NCBI GenBank assembly: GCA_028023455.1
Contig: JAQFVV010000002.1
Span: 11,718,001 to 11,782,000 of the forward strand
From: Epiperipatus broadwayi
Lineage: Eukaryota > Animalia > Onychophora
Direction: 5' to 3'
Length of the DNA stretch: 64,000 nt
The notes beneath the pieces are model-generated. The model was not told where the DNA came from, searched no databases, and saw only the letters and a program-made list of their open reading frames with translations. Below, piece by piece: positions 10,136 through 22,804 of the stretch (position 1 is its first letter; every line of letters begins with the position of its first letter). Made by a program: the position numbers and the translations under genes.

Positions 10136-11634
10136 GTTTTCTATCCTATCATGTCAGCCACTTGATGGCACTGTTTATATGCAAAAGCACATAAATATGG
10201 TGTTTACATGGCTGCTGCCTTCTAGGCCTATATATATATGTATACCAAAAAGCACAGAAAGAGGCTGTTTAATATGTGGCTGCCTTCTAGGCCTATATAT
10301 TTAAACCAAGAAGCACAGAAAGGGGCTGTTTAATATGTGGCAGCCAGCAGCCACAAATGATGGCGTTCATTTCTATGCTATAAAGCATAGAAAAGATGCC
10401 GTTTAGTGGTGGCCAGCCTGTTTTAGTGTTACGCACTTTATCCCAATGCTCACAGTTCAATGTTCATTACAGTATCATCTGAGGGTGTCTGAATTTCAGT
10501 CTGCCACAACTCTTCAAATATGCATGTCAAAGGAATAAGCTTACAAGTCATTTGACATACTAGTACCTCCTAACAATTGTCCACCCATCGCCATGCTTCC
10601 CTACTCAATGTGGAACCTTCAAATCAATTCAGAAATGGTAGGTCCAAGCAAGTATTTTGACAAGCTCACACGAATAGTCACATTTTCGCGAGAACATTTC
10701 CACGACAAATTAAATTGCTGACAGGTCGAAATCGGGCCAACTGTTGTCCACAAAAGCCGGCCTGCATGGGAAATTTATTATCCTACTGGAATATAATCTT
10801 TGCAATAAGGTAGGTCAACTGATAGTTTTAATTCTTGTGGATATGAAAAAGGAATAGCCCTCTGGCCTATATTGCAGGACTAAGATTTGACTTTTCGGGA
10901 TGACTTGGAATTCAATCAGGTTTTGAAATTTGTTGGTAACATCACAATTGTTCATGATTAAATTATAGAAATTGATGAAGGAAATCAGAATGAATTATGT
11001 TAAGCCTTTACCAAAAAAAAAACAAAAAAAGAAGGATGTATGCGTGTGAAAATTCTCATAGTTCTATCCAGAGAAACCAAAAGTAATTGTCAAAATACCA
11101 AATCCATTGACTAATTAATATTGAAATACCCAACCAAAAAGGCGTAATAAAAACATTAAAAAAAAGCCGATTGAGTTGGAAATTATTAAACATTCTTAAT
11201 AGGTGTGCCATTAAGATCTATACACATATTGTCTTTCAAAGATAGCTACTGTAAGAAATTAATCAATAAATAAAAGTAATAAATAAATTTTTTTTAACCT
11301 TTTTCAAAAATGACCCGAAAAGTAAAAGACAGTTTAGTAATTAAAACATTATCAGCATCATTTTTTGGCCACCATGATGTAGATGTAAAGTTTGTGGAGA
11401 GGGGGAGGAAGGTTTTACCACACAGGCAATTCTACTAGAATAGAATATTTGCAATAATGTATGTTTATGTGAAATTGTTCCAGTAAATGTTATTAAGGAA
11501 ATTAATGAATTACGTTAGCCCGTACTATTTTTATATTCTTTCACAAAGAATGGGATGGGCCCGGTAATGTTATATGTATGTATTTTTGCTTAGCATCAAT
11601 GCCATCAAGTGGCTGACATGATATAATAGAAAAG
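10136..11634. mobile_element. About 1.5-kb TIR DNA transposon-like element with decayed plus-strand reading frame, superfamily unassigned
   Basis: About 34-bp TIRs (TTTTCTATCCTATCATGTCAGCCACTTGATGGCA / TGCCATCAAGTGGCTGACATGATATAATAGAAAA), flanking TA on both sides, 3-4 subterminal repeats of about 60 bp at 10180-10430, and a stop-interrupted frame at about 10550-11000. Confidence 0.7.
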
Positions 11635-12038
11635 TACTGATTTTACTTATTACGACTATTAAAAGAATGTTTTTAAGTGATTAGATAATTTCTAAACCAG
11701 TCCAAAAATGCATGGTCTAAATTTCTGGAAAAGTACATTAACAGTGTTTTCAAATAGAGTAACTGTAAAAGACATAATTTCCTTTAAAAGTCTGATGGAA
11801 ACAAGAAGGAATATGTACTTTGAAGTAATTGTTCCTCTCCAGAAAAAGGCTTAACTTATATTGCACATAATATTCAATGTTAACAAAACTCAGGCTACTC
11901 TGATTCACAGTCTATAGCAATAATGATGAAAGAAATCAATTTTTCAAACAAATATATATTTTTTGAAAATATCCTACATTTATAATATTAGAATAAATAT
12001 TTTTTTAAAAACCATAAAATAAAAATTTACCTAACTTT

Positions 12039-12638
12039 AAACAGGCAAAACTCTCCACATAGTAGTGCCACCCTGTGCCAACCAGAGTAGTCAATTAATG
12101 CCAGAAGGCTTGTGCATAAAATCCCCATCTAGTGCCTACTCATCCAATACCCCTAGACTACTTTCTGGCTTGTGGCCTTCATCAGTGAGGAGCTTTGGAT
12201 CTGAGAGCACTGCACCTAGATCTTAGGATCTAATGCAACCCTCCAGCAGCTACCTTTTATCTCTACATAACTACAAAACTATGAGAATGAGATTGAAAAC
12301 ACAAAATAGCTTATATAGTCATATGGGTCTGAACTCAGTTCAGCACCCACCCTGTGCCAAACAGAGTAATCAATGGATGCCAGAAGGCTGGTGCATAAAA
12401 TCCCCATGTAGTGCATACTCATCCAATATCCTCAGACTAGTTTCTGGCTTGTGGCCTTCATCAGAATCTGAGAGCACTACACCTAGATCTTAGGATTTAA
12501 TGCAAACCTCCAGAAGCCACCTTTTATCTCTACTTAACTACAAAACTATGAGAATGAGATTGAAAACACAATAATATTGCCTGTTTAATAACAGATATGT
12601 GCTAGCATAAGAGATGGTGATCATGTGATGTTTAGTGA
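12039..12638 (-). mobile_element. Family A partial tandem (two HHRs 279 nt apart) with inverted 3' end
   Basis: HHRs at 12151-12190 and 12430-12464 (minus strand); the plus-orientation terminal piece at 12580-12638 matches 1686-1749. Confidence 0.9.
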
Positions 12639-13959
12639 TTTAATTATTAACTTTATGTTTCAAAAGGAATTTAATTGACAATTCATGGATATTAAAAATT
12701 ATAAATAAAAATCAATCCATACAATTTGACAAATTCTACATTACATTAATTATTGAGTTGGTTAGAATAAGAAACATCATATATATTATATGGTATAAAA
12801 ATGACAAATCACCATCCCAAATGTTACTTCAGTAATGCCCTCTATGAATAAATATAAAGCCTGAACTTATTCACAGAGAGTTGCTGAAATAACACAATGT
12901 TTGGAAGAGTTATTTGTTATTTTTATATTTGAGTCAATACTATAGGTTAGAACATTGACATATAAGGGACCATTTCACTGAAAATTTGTCATGTGGGGTA
13001 ATTTTTGTTTTTTGATTCATTGTGCCCAATTTGTTTTTAAATGTGTTAAGATAAAATGTCTTCAAGTATTATTATTATAAAGCAAGATACATCTTGTGCA
13101 CCATAAAATATATAGTATGAATATGGTAATTCTTATTCTGCAAAGCAGGTCTTTGGAAAAGATTTGACTATGGTATGGATTTGTTATTATTTTTCTGATA
13201 TGTATTTGTGAGGCATGATTGAGCAGCCTGTAAGATAATACACTCAAACAAAACATAAGTTTCAATGTCATCTCTGTGATACAGTTCATATATAGTTTCC
13301 ATATTGTCTTATATCTAAGAAAATATAGGTTAGGCAAAGCCCACATATTTATTTTGAGTGTAAAATCAAAGTATTTCTATTTAAGAGTCTGCAACTTAAG
13401 TCTTCTCATCAGTTGCTGGTTATTAATGTCAGTAATTGGAGAGACTGCATCTTTATTTACATTTGAATACAGAAGTGCTTGAGTTTTTTAATAGAACATT
13501 TGTTCTGTAGAAAATTTTTTTTAATGCTAGTCATTGCTGCTAGAATAGAAGATTTATCTGTTGTTGTTATACTGAATGTTGTATTGAAATGTGGGAATAA
13601 TGTTGTCATAGATGATCAAATAAAATAGTCTTTGAGATTAGTCTTTTAGACTTGTAGATCTCAAAAAGTACAATAATTAAAAAAAAAAAAGAAGTACATT
13701 AGTTTGAAAAACTATTTGTTTTGATTAATAAAATTTCAATTAGATCATTTAATTTTAACCTACTTTATTTTTTGACATTTTTAGTAACAAACCTAAAAAA
13801 AAGCTTGATGGTTATGGAAAAACTCTATATTCTCTTAACAATTAATAATTGACTTTTATGTTCTATTACTGAATTTGATCTGAAAATATAGTGAGGATAT
13901 AATCAATATATAATAAACCCTAAGTGAAAAATCTAAATATAATATATTGTACCAGTCAG

Positions 13960-14200
13960 AATTGTATGTTCGTCTAACAAGAATTTAGCATCTAAGCAAA
14001 AGTACCTAGAGTTCAATCATATGCGAGATACACAGGTCAGGAATACTCATGAACTCCGCCCTATTGCCCATTTCCCAAGTCTATAACATTACAAACAACA
14101 CTTCTGACGATAGCAAACAACATTTTAACAATCCTCGGCCCAGAGGGTCAGCAGAGACCCAAGAGATCTAATGATTAATTAAAGGATGACGCAATATAGT
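13960..14200 (+). mobile_element. Possible LINE 3' end remnant (L2/CR1-like)
   Basis: Degenerate frame RDTQVRNTHELRPIAH resembles a LINE ORF2 C-terminus; weak. Confidence 0.3.
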
Positions 14201-14518
14201 AACAGATGTGCATGCATGAATTAATAAAATGTCCAAAGAATAGATTATTAAATATGAATTTATTGAAAATAACATTAATAATGCAATTAGATTAGAATAT
14301 GGGTAAATGGATATAGAGACTTAAACACATCATAAATATGATTACACATAATAAATACTCTATCTGGGTTTCACATAATGTTGACGTGGGCATTCCATGC
14401 TGACCTTAGCAACATAATTTAAGGATTGATGGATATGCAACTACCAAATGTACATATTAGTAAGAAATTAATTAATTGGAACGATGCGGCTTAATATGCT
14501 AATTTAAAATATATTTTA

Positions 14519-14720
14519 CAGGGCTTCTATTATTCACGCTATGATATTTTAAATCACTCAGAATGTAACGGATTTCAATAACCATACATGGGCTTTTATT
14601 ATGAACATTATGATATTTTAAGTCACAAAGAATATAACGGATTTTAATAACTATACGTGGGCTTTTGTTATATACATTATGATAGTTTGAATAACAAATA
14701 ATCTAATGAATTTTAATTAT
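14519..14720. repeat. About 69-bp tandem repeat, 3 diverged copies
   Basis: Recurrent GGGCTT(C/T)TATTAT..AC..TATGATATTTTAA.TCAC..AGAAT.TAACGGATTT.AATAAC. Confidence 0.75.
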
Positions 14721-17315
14721 ACATGGATTTCACCATAATTATATTAATGACAGGTTATTTATCTTGGAAATTATAAAATGATTCATCATTTATGGTTTAT
14801 GTATAGAATAAGGAAAAGCATAATTATCTTGACATTCAGTCACATGACTTGACTTTTATAGGCTTTATTAGGAATTAATTTTCAACGTATTTAATGCAGT
14901 TTAACGAGAGGGTGGATAGCGCTAATAAGCTATAACACATGATAGGGCAAACTAAATTTATATTATAATATGAGAACTTGGGGTGGCTTTGGAAATCATA
15001 TCATTACGACTTACAGACGAATAAAATACATGAGGAATTATAAACAATAGCGTGCGGACCGAATGATAATGGTTGGAAGGACGAGAAGCTTCATCAACTT
15101 GAGAACGAAAATATATAAGTTCATCTGCGCTTGTGACAGATGGCATCCAAAGAAGTGGTCGGCAAGATACTATGGTTCCGTTTTTCCGAATGTTAACCCA
15201 TAATAGAGCCTACGCGACCAAACACAACCTTTGGAGTCAGTGCCTCCACACTCCACCGAGAAATGTGCTTTAAGGATTCTTGTAACGAGAGAAAGTATGA
15301 CAAAGCAACATTTGATTGATGAACGCTATCATCAGGATGCATCGCGAAGGCTTTCAGGTCTGTATTAACACTGATTTTTATGGCCTTAAAGAGTAAGTAA
15401 GCCTAGCATAATGAAATGATAATATATAAGCAATCCCAAAAAGGGCATACCATTTGCCTAAAAGATTATTTAGCATATCAATAATAAAAAATAAAAATTA
15501 AGAGTCCCTTCGTTAAACGCATATCAATATGCCCTAGAAATTAGTTACTTAAATTATCGTTAGATGGCGGGCTAATTATATATTGAATCATCAACTAAAA
15601 GTAAGGATCTGAATTTCAATTTATCTAATACTAAATTTACTTAATATTAATCAATAGTGTGAAATAATAGTTAATAGTTTATTTGAAATGATAACGGATA
15701 GCATAATATAAATTAATAAAAATAGGTTAGGAATATTTTTCAACCAGGCGAATTTTGTAATTTAGTAAGAAAGCTTACATTTACGATTTAAAAGTCTTAA
15801 TGGCAGAATAGGAAAATAATATAAGGTTAATTTGCCAGATTGAATTATTAGCATATTAAAATGGGTATGATTTACATAATATCAAATTAAAATTGCTGCA
15901 TTTAAAAATAATAAAACAGTAAGAGTGAAAACCCAGCAATCAAGTTTAGAAAATCAAATAAAATTTATATATTAGAGTAAAAAGAAAAGTCATTGTTTAA
16001 GCAATTAATCGGTTTGGCATTACCGATGGAAAAATAAGCAGTTACATTTTAAAAAAAATAAAGACTACAAAAATGAAATATTACAAAGATATACTTTAAG
16101 TGAAATAATTTTACATAGCTAGAGGTTGAATGTTACAGTTTACAATTAATAAAATTATTTAGATGAAAGTTTTTAGAGTTCATTTTGCAGCGGAGAATTA
16201 CCTTTATGTTAGACGATTTGATGGCCGTATACGCACGTGTTGATTTCATTTTTGAAGAAATATAGTTGATTTGGCATTATTTTGGTAAAATTGTGGTTAA
16301 TGTCCTTTCCTGGTGTATTTTATAGTTCATTTTGGCAGCATTTATGAGACGATGGCTTATGAGTACATTGGCACAGGTCTGATCTTGGAGAGATTGGGGA
16401 AGCAAATTTTCTTTCTACTCACGAACCATTTTAAAATTCTGAGTGACATAGATTACCTTGATCACAACGTTTAGAAATAAGATGCAGAGCTTTTTTAGTT
16501 AGAAAATGTGGTGGTATGTATACTCATTTGGCTGCCTTTGGTAATCCCGGGATGTCAGCTAACAGTCAACAATGATACAGTTAATTTGAAAGTATGCACG
16601 AGATCAAATTCGAGAGAGCTGGTCTTGGTCTATTTTGAGCTGAAAATAGACCCGCAGGATAAATTTTAATGAACGTGAAAATTTTAAAATAAACCTATGT
16701 TAAAATAAACAAATCTTTTCTGAAATTAAAATAAGGCATGTCTTATGTTTGCTAAATTTGCGTTACTCTCTCGAACTTCTTCTCAAATAAAAATACATGA
16801 ATAAAAATATCTACACTTTTAATAAAATTATTAGGTTTATCTGTTACACACACACATACGCATGATTGTTTACCGTGATAGAAATTTGTTTTATATTTAA
16901 ATTAATATTAAATGAGAATAAAGCTTAACAAAAAAATAAACAATCACGTGCATCTGTATATCTTCACTCCCTAGTGATTTATTATTACATGACTGAGTTC
17001 GAACCCATGTTTAAAGGTTTCAAACATCACCAGAAAGTGAAGCCAAATGTGTGCAACAGATTTGACTGCTTCAATATTTTTTATACAAAATTTTTCAATT
17101 GTATGACAAAGTGACCAATGGGCGGCAATTCTGGAAAACTTTTTTATGGAACTAAATTACTTTGATGTATGCCTATAATATTTAAGTCAATTGTTCAATT
17201 AAAAATGTAATTTGCTATCTTTAAAGTCACATGATAATATTCAGGTATCATATTGTTCAATGTCTGAAATAAGTTTTATTGAAAGAAGAGTACTACCTAT
17301 TTTTATAATAATAAT

Positions 17316-17851
17316 GATTAAGCCAATGCAGATGCGCTTTAAAGATAAATTATAAATGAATACTCTCACTTTTCCAGACACAAGATATAGTTTTTTAGAA
17401 AAGATGGAAAAGTGAGAGTATTTATTTATAATTTATCTTTAAAGTGTATGTGCATTGACTTAATCACTAATATCACTATTACAGTATAAAAACATAGCAC
17501 TGTATAAAATAATATCTCATTATATATGTTTAATTTCAACTAAAGAATGACGTATCGTAAATTGTAAAGATTTCGCGTCATTCGTTTAAACATAATAAAT
17601 GTAATTTAAAGTGATTGCTTAACATCTTCACACTCTCATTTCCATATGCTTAAGATTCGCCCATACATAAATGTTTGGGTCAAAAGGATGGGTGGATTCA
17701 TTCCATTTTTTCTAAAAAACTATATCTTATGTCTGGAAAAGTGAGAGTATTCATTTATAATTTATCTTTAAAGCGCATCTGCATTGGCTTAATCGCTAAT
17801 ATCACTATTACAGTATAAAAACATAGCGCTATATAAAATAATATCTCATTA
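17316..17851. repeat. Inverted plus direct triplication of a segment of about 100-150 bp
   Basis: 17316-17410 is the reverse complement of 17701-17795; 17405-17522 is a direct copy of 17734-17851. Confidence 0.85.
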
Positions 17852-19837
17852 ATAATAATGATTGTATTATTTGTGATTTGATTTTTTTTAAAAAAGTGTA
17901 ATTCTCTGCTTATTAGAGAAATGAAATAAAAATTTGTTTTTATAAACAATATATGAATTTATAGACAGAAGTTAAACAACTGAAAAGAAAAACTGTTAAG
18001 CAATGAAACACATTTACATGAAGAGTGATAAAATAGTTCTAAACTTATTAGAATAATAAAATAATGGCGAAGGCTTTATAAGCAATATATGGATTTAAAA
18101 ACAAAAGTTAAACAACTGATAAGAAATGTAAACCAATGAAAGAAACATATTGACATTAGGAATGATATGAACGTTCTATTAAATCAGTAGATGGTACTAA
18201 TAAATATGTTATATATAAATAAGAGTATTCCCTGATATTAACAGTCTATACAGACAATGGGAGTACCTTGATAATCTTTCATATAATGAAATAAGAATTC
18301 AGATAACTACTTTTTATTATATATTCAACTACTGTAATAAAATAGGTTTGGACAAAATATTCTTAAAGAAATTAAAACAATTTTATAAATACAATAATAG
18401 CTTCAAGTTATGATAATTATATCTGGAAATTTTTTTAAATATAATGTTATGTAAGATTCAAAACTATTGGATAATTCTAAAAAATGTATGGAGATATAAA
18501 ATTCTATCATCTGAAATTAAAAACCAATTCTATTATTTTAATTTATAAAAATACGCTGATTAAAAAAAGCTGAAGTACTTATTATGGAATATTCTTTTTA
18601 TCAAGTATAGCATAAATACTTTCAATAACGTTTTGAAGAGATTTGCTTCCAGATGTAGATTAATAACCAGAAAATCTGTGTGGTTTTTAAAAATAAAAAA
18701 AAGCGTATAAACATGTTTCCAAACAAATGTGAGCTAAGTATTGAGGGCACAGAAAGCCTATAGACATGTTGCTAGACAAATATAAGAAAAATATTGCAAA
18801 CCCCAAGGCAATTGTTTCTGTTAATCAAAGTTTGTTTCATAGTTTGATACTCTAAACCACAAAAAAATATTTTTATTGGTCTTGTAATTTGCCATTTTTA
18901 TTTTTTCTTAAATGTTAACTGAAACTAAAATACAGAAATAAACTTCAAACATTAAATCATGTAAATCCATTTCTGCAGTTGCATAAATGTTATTAAAAAG
19001 AGCAGATATTTTATTTTAAAAAATGCAAGAAAGAGATAAACTTGAATTATCAACTATTATTAAAAACTTTGTACAAATATTATTGTAAAAAATGAAGTAA
19101 AAAAACAACTTTAATTGCTAAAAGATTGTTTTTGTTTTTAATTTAAAAAATGTTTTACAGGTATAAAATTATTTTTACCTGGTATTCAGAAAATATTTTA
19201 AACCTATATCTAATATTATCACAAAAAAATAATCTGTGATTTGGTGCAGTGGGAAATTAGCAGACCTAGAACTCAAGATCAATGGATTGTGGCCAGCTTT
19301 GTCATTTTCGGTATTCCAACTTCTTATGAAGTCACAAGTAGGAAACTATTCGATTTTTTAAATTATTATTTAGATTCAATATTCATTTCAGTTCCTACGA
19401 GTCTAGAAAGCTTAAAACACAATAGAAATATAATGATAGTGTAAAATATACATTGTTGGATTATTACTACATAATTTCTTTTAATCCAGAAAAAAATTTT
19501 TTTTAAGGAATTAAAGATGCCAAATTGTTAGCATTTAGTCTGTATTTATAAGGTGATTTTTATTACTAAATTAAGTTTTAATTATGTACATCACAAACAA
19601 TTTTATATTTAATACTATTTATGTGTATATATTTTATGTAACAAGATGAAGGCAGAGCTTTGACAACTGTTCAATGATGATAAAATAAAATTCACTACAT
19701 ACTAAAAGTTTCCAATATTGATATATCAAAATTATTCTATACCCATTAAATGCAATTTGGAAAATAGATTTTGTAAATGATTAATTATATAAATTGTAAT
19801 AGTGAAAAAATTTGCAATATTTACTTATAATACTGAA

Positions 19838-20129
19838 TACATTGTACAGGCTTAAATCTGCATTTTTATATATGTAATATATGTGGGGTTTGAACTCAGA
19901 CTTTCATACGACCCACCATTCTCAGTACCATCTCATATTGCTGACCCACCTGATCACACATGTTGAAAAGATAAATAATCACCAATATATGTATTTCATG
20001 CTAAACCAGCAATCATCAGTTGGTCTAGATTACTATCCTCACACATATATAATCAGTACTCAGCTTTATATTAAGATAGCCAATCGAGAGTGGTGGGTCA
20101 TATAAAAGTCTGAGTTCAAACCCTGCATA
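19838..20129 (-). mobile_element. Family C element with HHR (19982-20023) and 5' inversion
   Basis: 11-bp TSD ATAATACTGAA (19827-19837 / 20130-20140); the inverted piece 20086-20125 repeats the B-box segment. Confidence 0.85.
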
Positions 20130-20509
20130 ATAATACTGAAGTAAGTGAAGCATATTTCTGTATAAGTATGTACTATAAATCCATAAAACTTCATTATTAG
20201 TTCTGTCAGCATGACACATTCAGAAAATTGTGTACATTAGCAGAAAACTTAAAAATATATATGAATAAGGTGATGAAATCAATATATATATATATATTGA
20301 ATGATATTACCCAGGTTCATTGATGTAGATTCATAGTACTATTGTTCTAATATTTTAGTTGGATCATAACTCCTACCAATTGGGTAATATAAAAATGGGA
20401 TGGGAATGGTAGAATGATAGCAAATAAAAAACCCAATATAAAAATTAATAGCTACTTGGATTAATGGTTTTAAATTTTTTTCTCAAATGAAAGATAGTTT
20501 ATAGGTATC

Positions 20510-20800
20510 ATTACATTTTTTAAAATGGCTTTCCCTGATTTTTCTTTTGCGGAAAATATCAGATCTAGGCAGAATTCTAATGTTTGAAAAATCTATATTA
20601 CAACCAATATCCATAGCAAAGATTGAGATTGCCCATAATGATGAGTGCTACTTAACTGCATTAGCATGTTAATCTCTCCAACACTAATGTGATGATTGCT
20701 CATATTTATCTAGAACTCCACAAAAGTAGTTCATAAACTCCATGAACTTCAAGAAAGATAGAAACCTTAGGCCTAGCCAGAATGTTACCAATTTTTTGAT
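20510..20800 (-). mobile_element. Decayed PLE GIY-YIG endonuclease fragment
   Basis: Minus frames VHGVYEL and NIDFSNIRILPRSDIFRKRKIRESH. Confidence 0.6.
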
Positions 20801-21180
20801 TAGAGATACATATTGCTTTTATGTTATAGTATTTTAGAAATTTTCCAATACTGGCTGTAGTTCCTTTTATATAAGAAATACAGATTGTAAGAGTTGTAGT
20901 TTTTTTTTCTTTTTTTATTATGACTATTTTGCATCTGAACTAAAACTTTGTTTATAATTCCATTATTATTATATCAGTGTTTGCATCTATTCTACAATAG
21001 TTTTTTTTATTATAATAACATTCAATATTTAGTTGATAGCTGGGTATCAGTATAATACTATTATGAATCATATATAGATAAATCTGGACAATATTTCTTT
21101 TATATAAGTAACTGTGAATATCTTCATTTTAATATAATATATATTTAAATCAGCATTTATTTTTATAGCGTCTGTATACA

Positions 21181-21669
21181 ATTGTAATTACATTCATATC
21201 GGCCTTTCAAGTCAAATTGTGCAAACGCTTTTGCGAGTGTTAAATAATAAATGAATACCGTCTGACCAATACAAGATATAGAATTTATGCAGGAATAAAA
21301 GGAATCCTCTTATTCCTACGACTCAAATATTTATATATGAGCAAATCTGAAGTACTGGCACAGAAGGTGTGACTATAGAACAGTCACTTTAAATTACTAT
21401 ATATAACGTCTAGTAAATTTCATCGGCGTCATTCATTCATACGTTATATATAGTAATTTAAAGTGACTGTTCTATAGTCACACCTTCTGTGCCAGTACTT
21501 CAGATTTGCTCATATATAAATATTTGAGTCATAGGAATAAGAGGATTCTTTTTATTTCTGCATAAATTCTATATCTTGTATTGGTCAGACGGTATTCATT
21601 TATTATTTAACACTCGCAAAAGCGTTTGCACAATTTGGCTTGAAAGGCCGATATGAATGTAATTATAAT
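21181..21669. repeat. Near-perfect palindrome, arms of about 229 bp, 31-nt loop
   Basis: 21181-21409 versus 21441-21669 shows only about 5 differences by eye; CpGs are retained. Confidence 0.95.
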
Positions 21670-22001
21670 ATATATTGTAGATTTGTCATGATAGAACAGA
21701 TAAAAATGTCTAACAATTTTAATTTATTATTATATATGGTTTACTAATTTGAATATTAGATGAAATAACAAAATGTAATATATATACAAGTTAATAATTT
21801 AATGGGAATTCTGGATGTATTTTTTAAAATAATTTTCATCTATGATGTAGAGAATAAATGTACCAATTAAAAACAGACATTGTAAGATAAACTTACATCA
21901 ACTAGTAATTGTATTCACATGAATACTTTAAGCTAAAAGTGAATTCATTTTATCTTATAATTTAGTTTATATAAGGATTATAGATTACAAATTAATATTT
22001 T

Positions 22002-22804
22002 GTACACAGAGGGATCCAAAAGTAACTGGAATTTTGTAATAAAAAATTGTATATTTATTTTTACATGTTGCAAATTAAATCACTTTAAAAAGTCATCATC
22101 ATCATCCATTATCAATCCACTGCAGGATGAAGGTCTCTCCAAGTTTAATCCATCTTCTCCAATCTTTAGCTTCTCTTCTCCACATCACCCCTGCACACTT
22201 TCTTATTTTACCCATCCATCTCACATGTGGTCTATTTAATGCAATGCACCAGTCTAAAACAGTTTAGTCCAGAAACACTTGCACACTTCTGCCACCCCAT
22301 CCCACCAATTATAAATCTGCAATATATATATGTTAGACATTTTTTTCATTCAAGAAATTAAAAAAAAATTGCACAAAGTGAGATCAAGTGAATGCAGCTG
22401 ATAGATAAACTGGGTCATGTGGATTTAATTAAAAACTGTTTTACACTCATGGCTTTGAGATCCTGTTGTATGGAGTTTGCACTCTTTTCTTTGCAAAAAA
22501 TGGGATGTTTACATTTTATCACATCATGTAAATGTTTCAGAATGTGCAGATAAAATGTCTGACTGTTGCACAAAAAAAATCAGCATTAATTCAAGATTTC
22601 AGCCATTATAAAAAAAATTAACAAATATGCAAAACACACTTTAGAAAAAAATTTTCTGTGTGAACTCACGATTTCACATGGTGATGTCATTTTCAGATTG
22701 ATACAGAAGGGTTCCTGCAAAAAATATGTAACAGCAAAATTATATAGTATAACAGGTGCGTATACAGAGAATAATTCTGGTTATTTTTGAGTCCACCCTT
22801 GTAT
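22002..22804. mobile_element. Probable Tc1/mariner-type remnant
   Basis: Degenerate TIR-like ends TACACAGAGGGATCCAAAAGTAA and TTATTTTTGAGTCCACCCTTGTA; carries an RTE fragment. Confidence 0.4.
22093..22233 (-). mobile_element. RTE LINE 3' end
   Basis: Matches the 3' ends at 37760-37908, 41088-41261, 46200-46365 and 57317-57480; (TGA)n tail. Confidence 0.9.

Noticed and set aside
14555-16848. Solo LTR bounded by TGTAAC..GTTACA
   Set aside because: There is no matching TSD, the candidate start lies inside a tandem repeat, and no PBS or PPT was seen.
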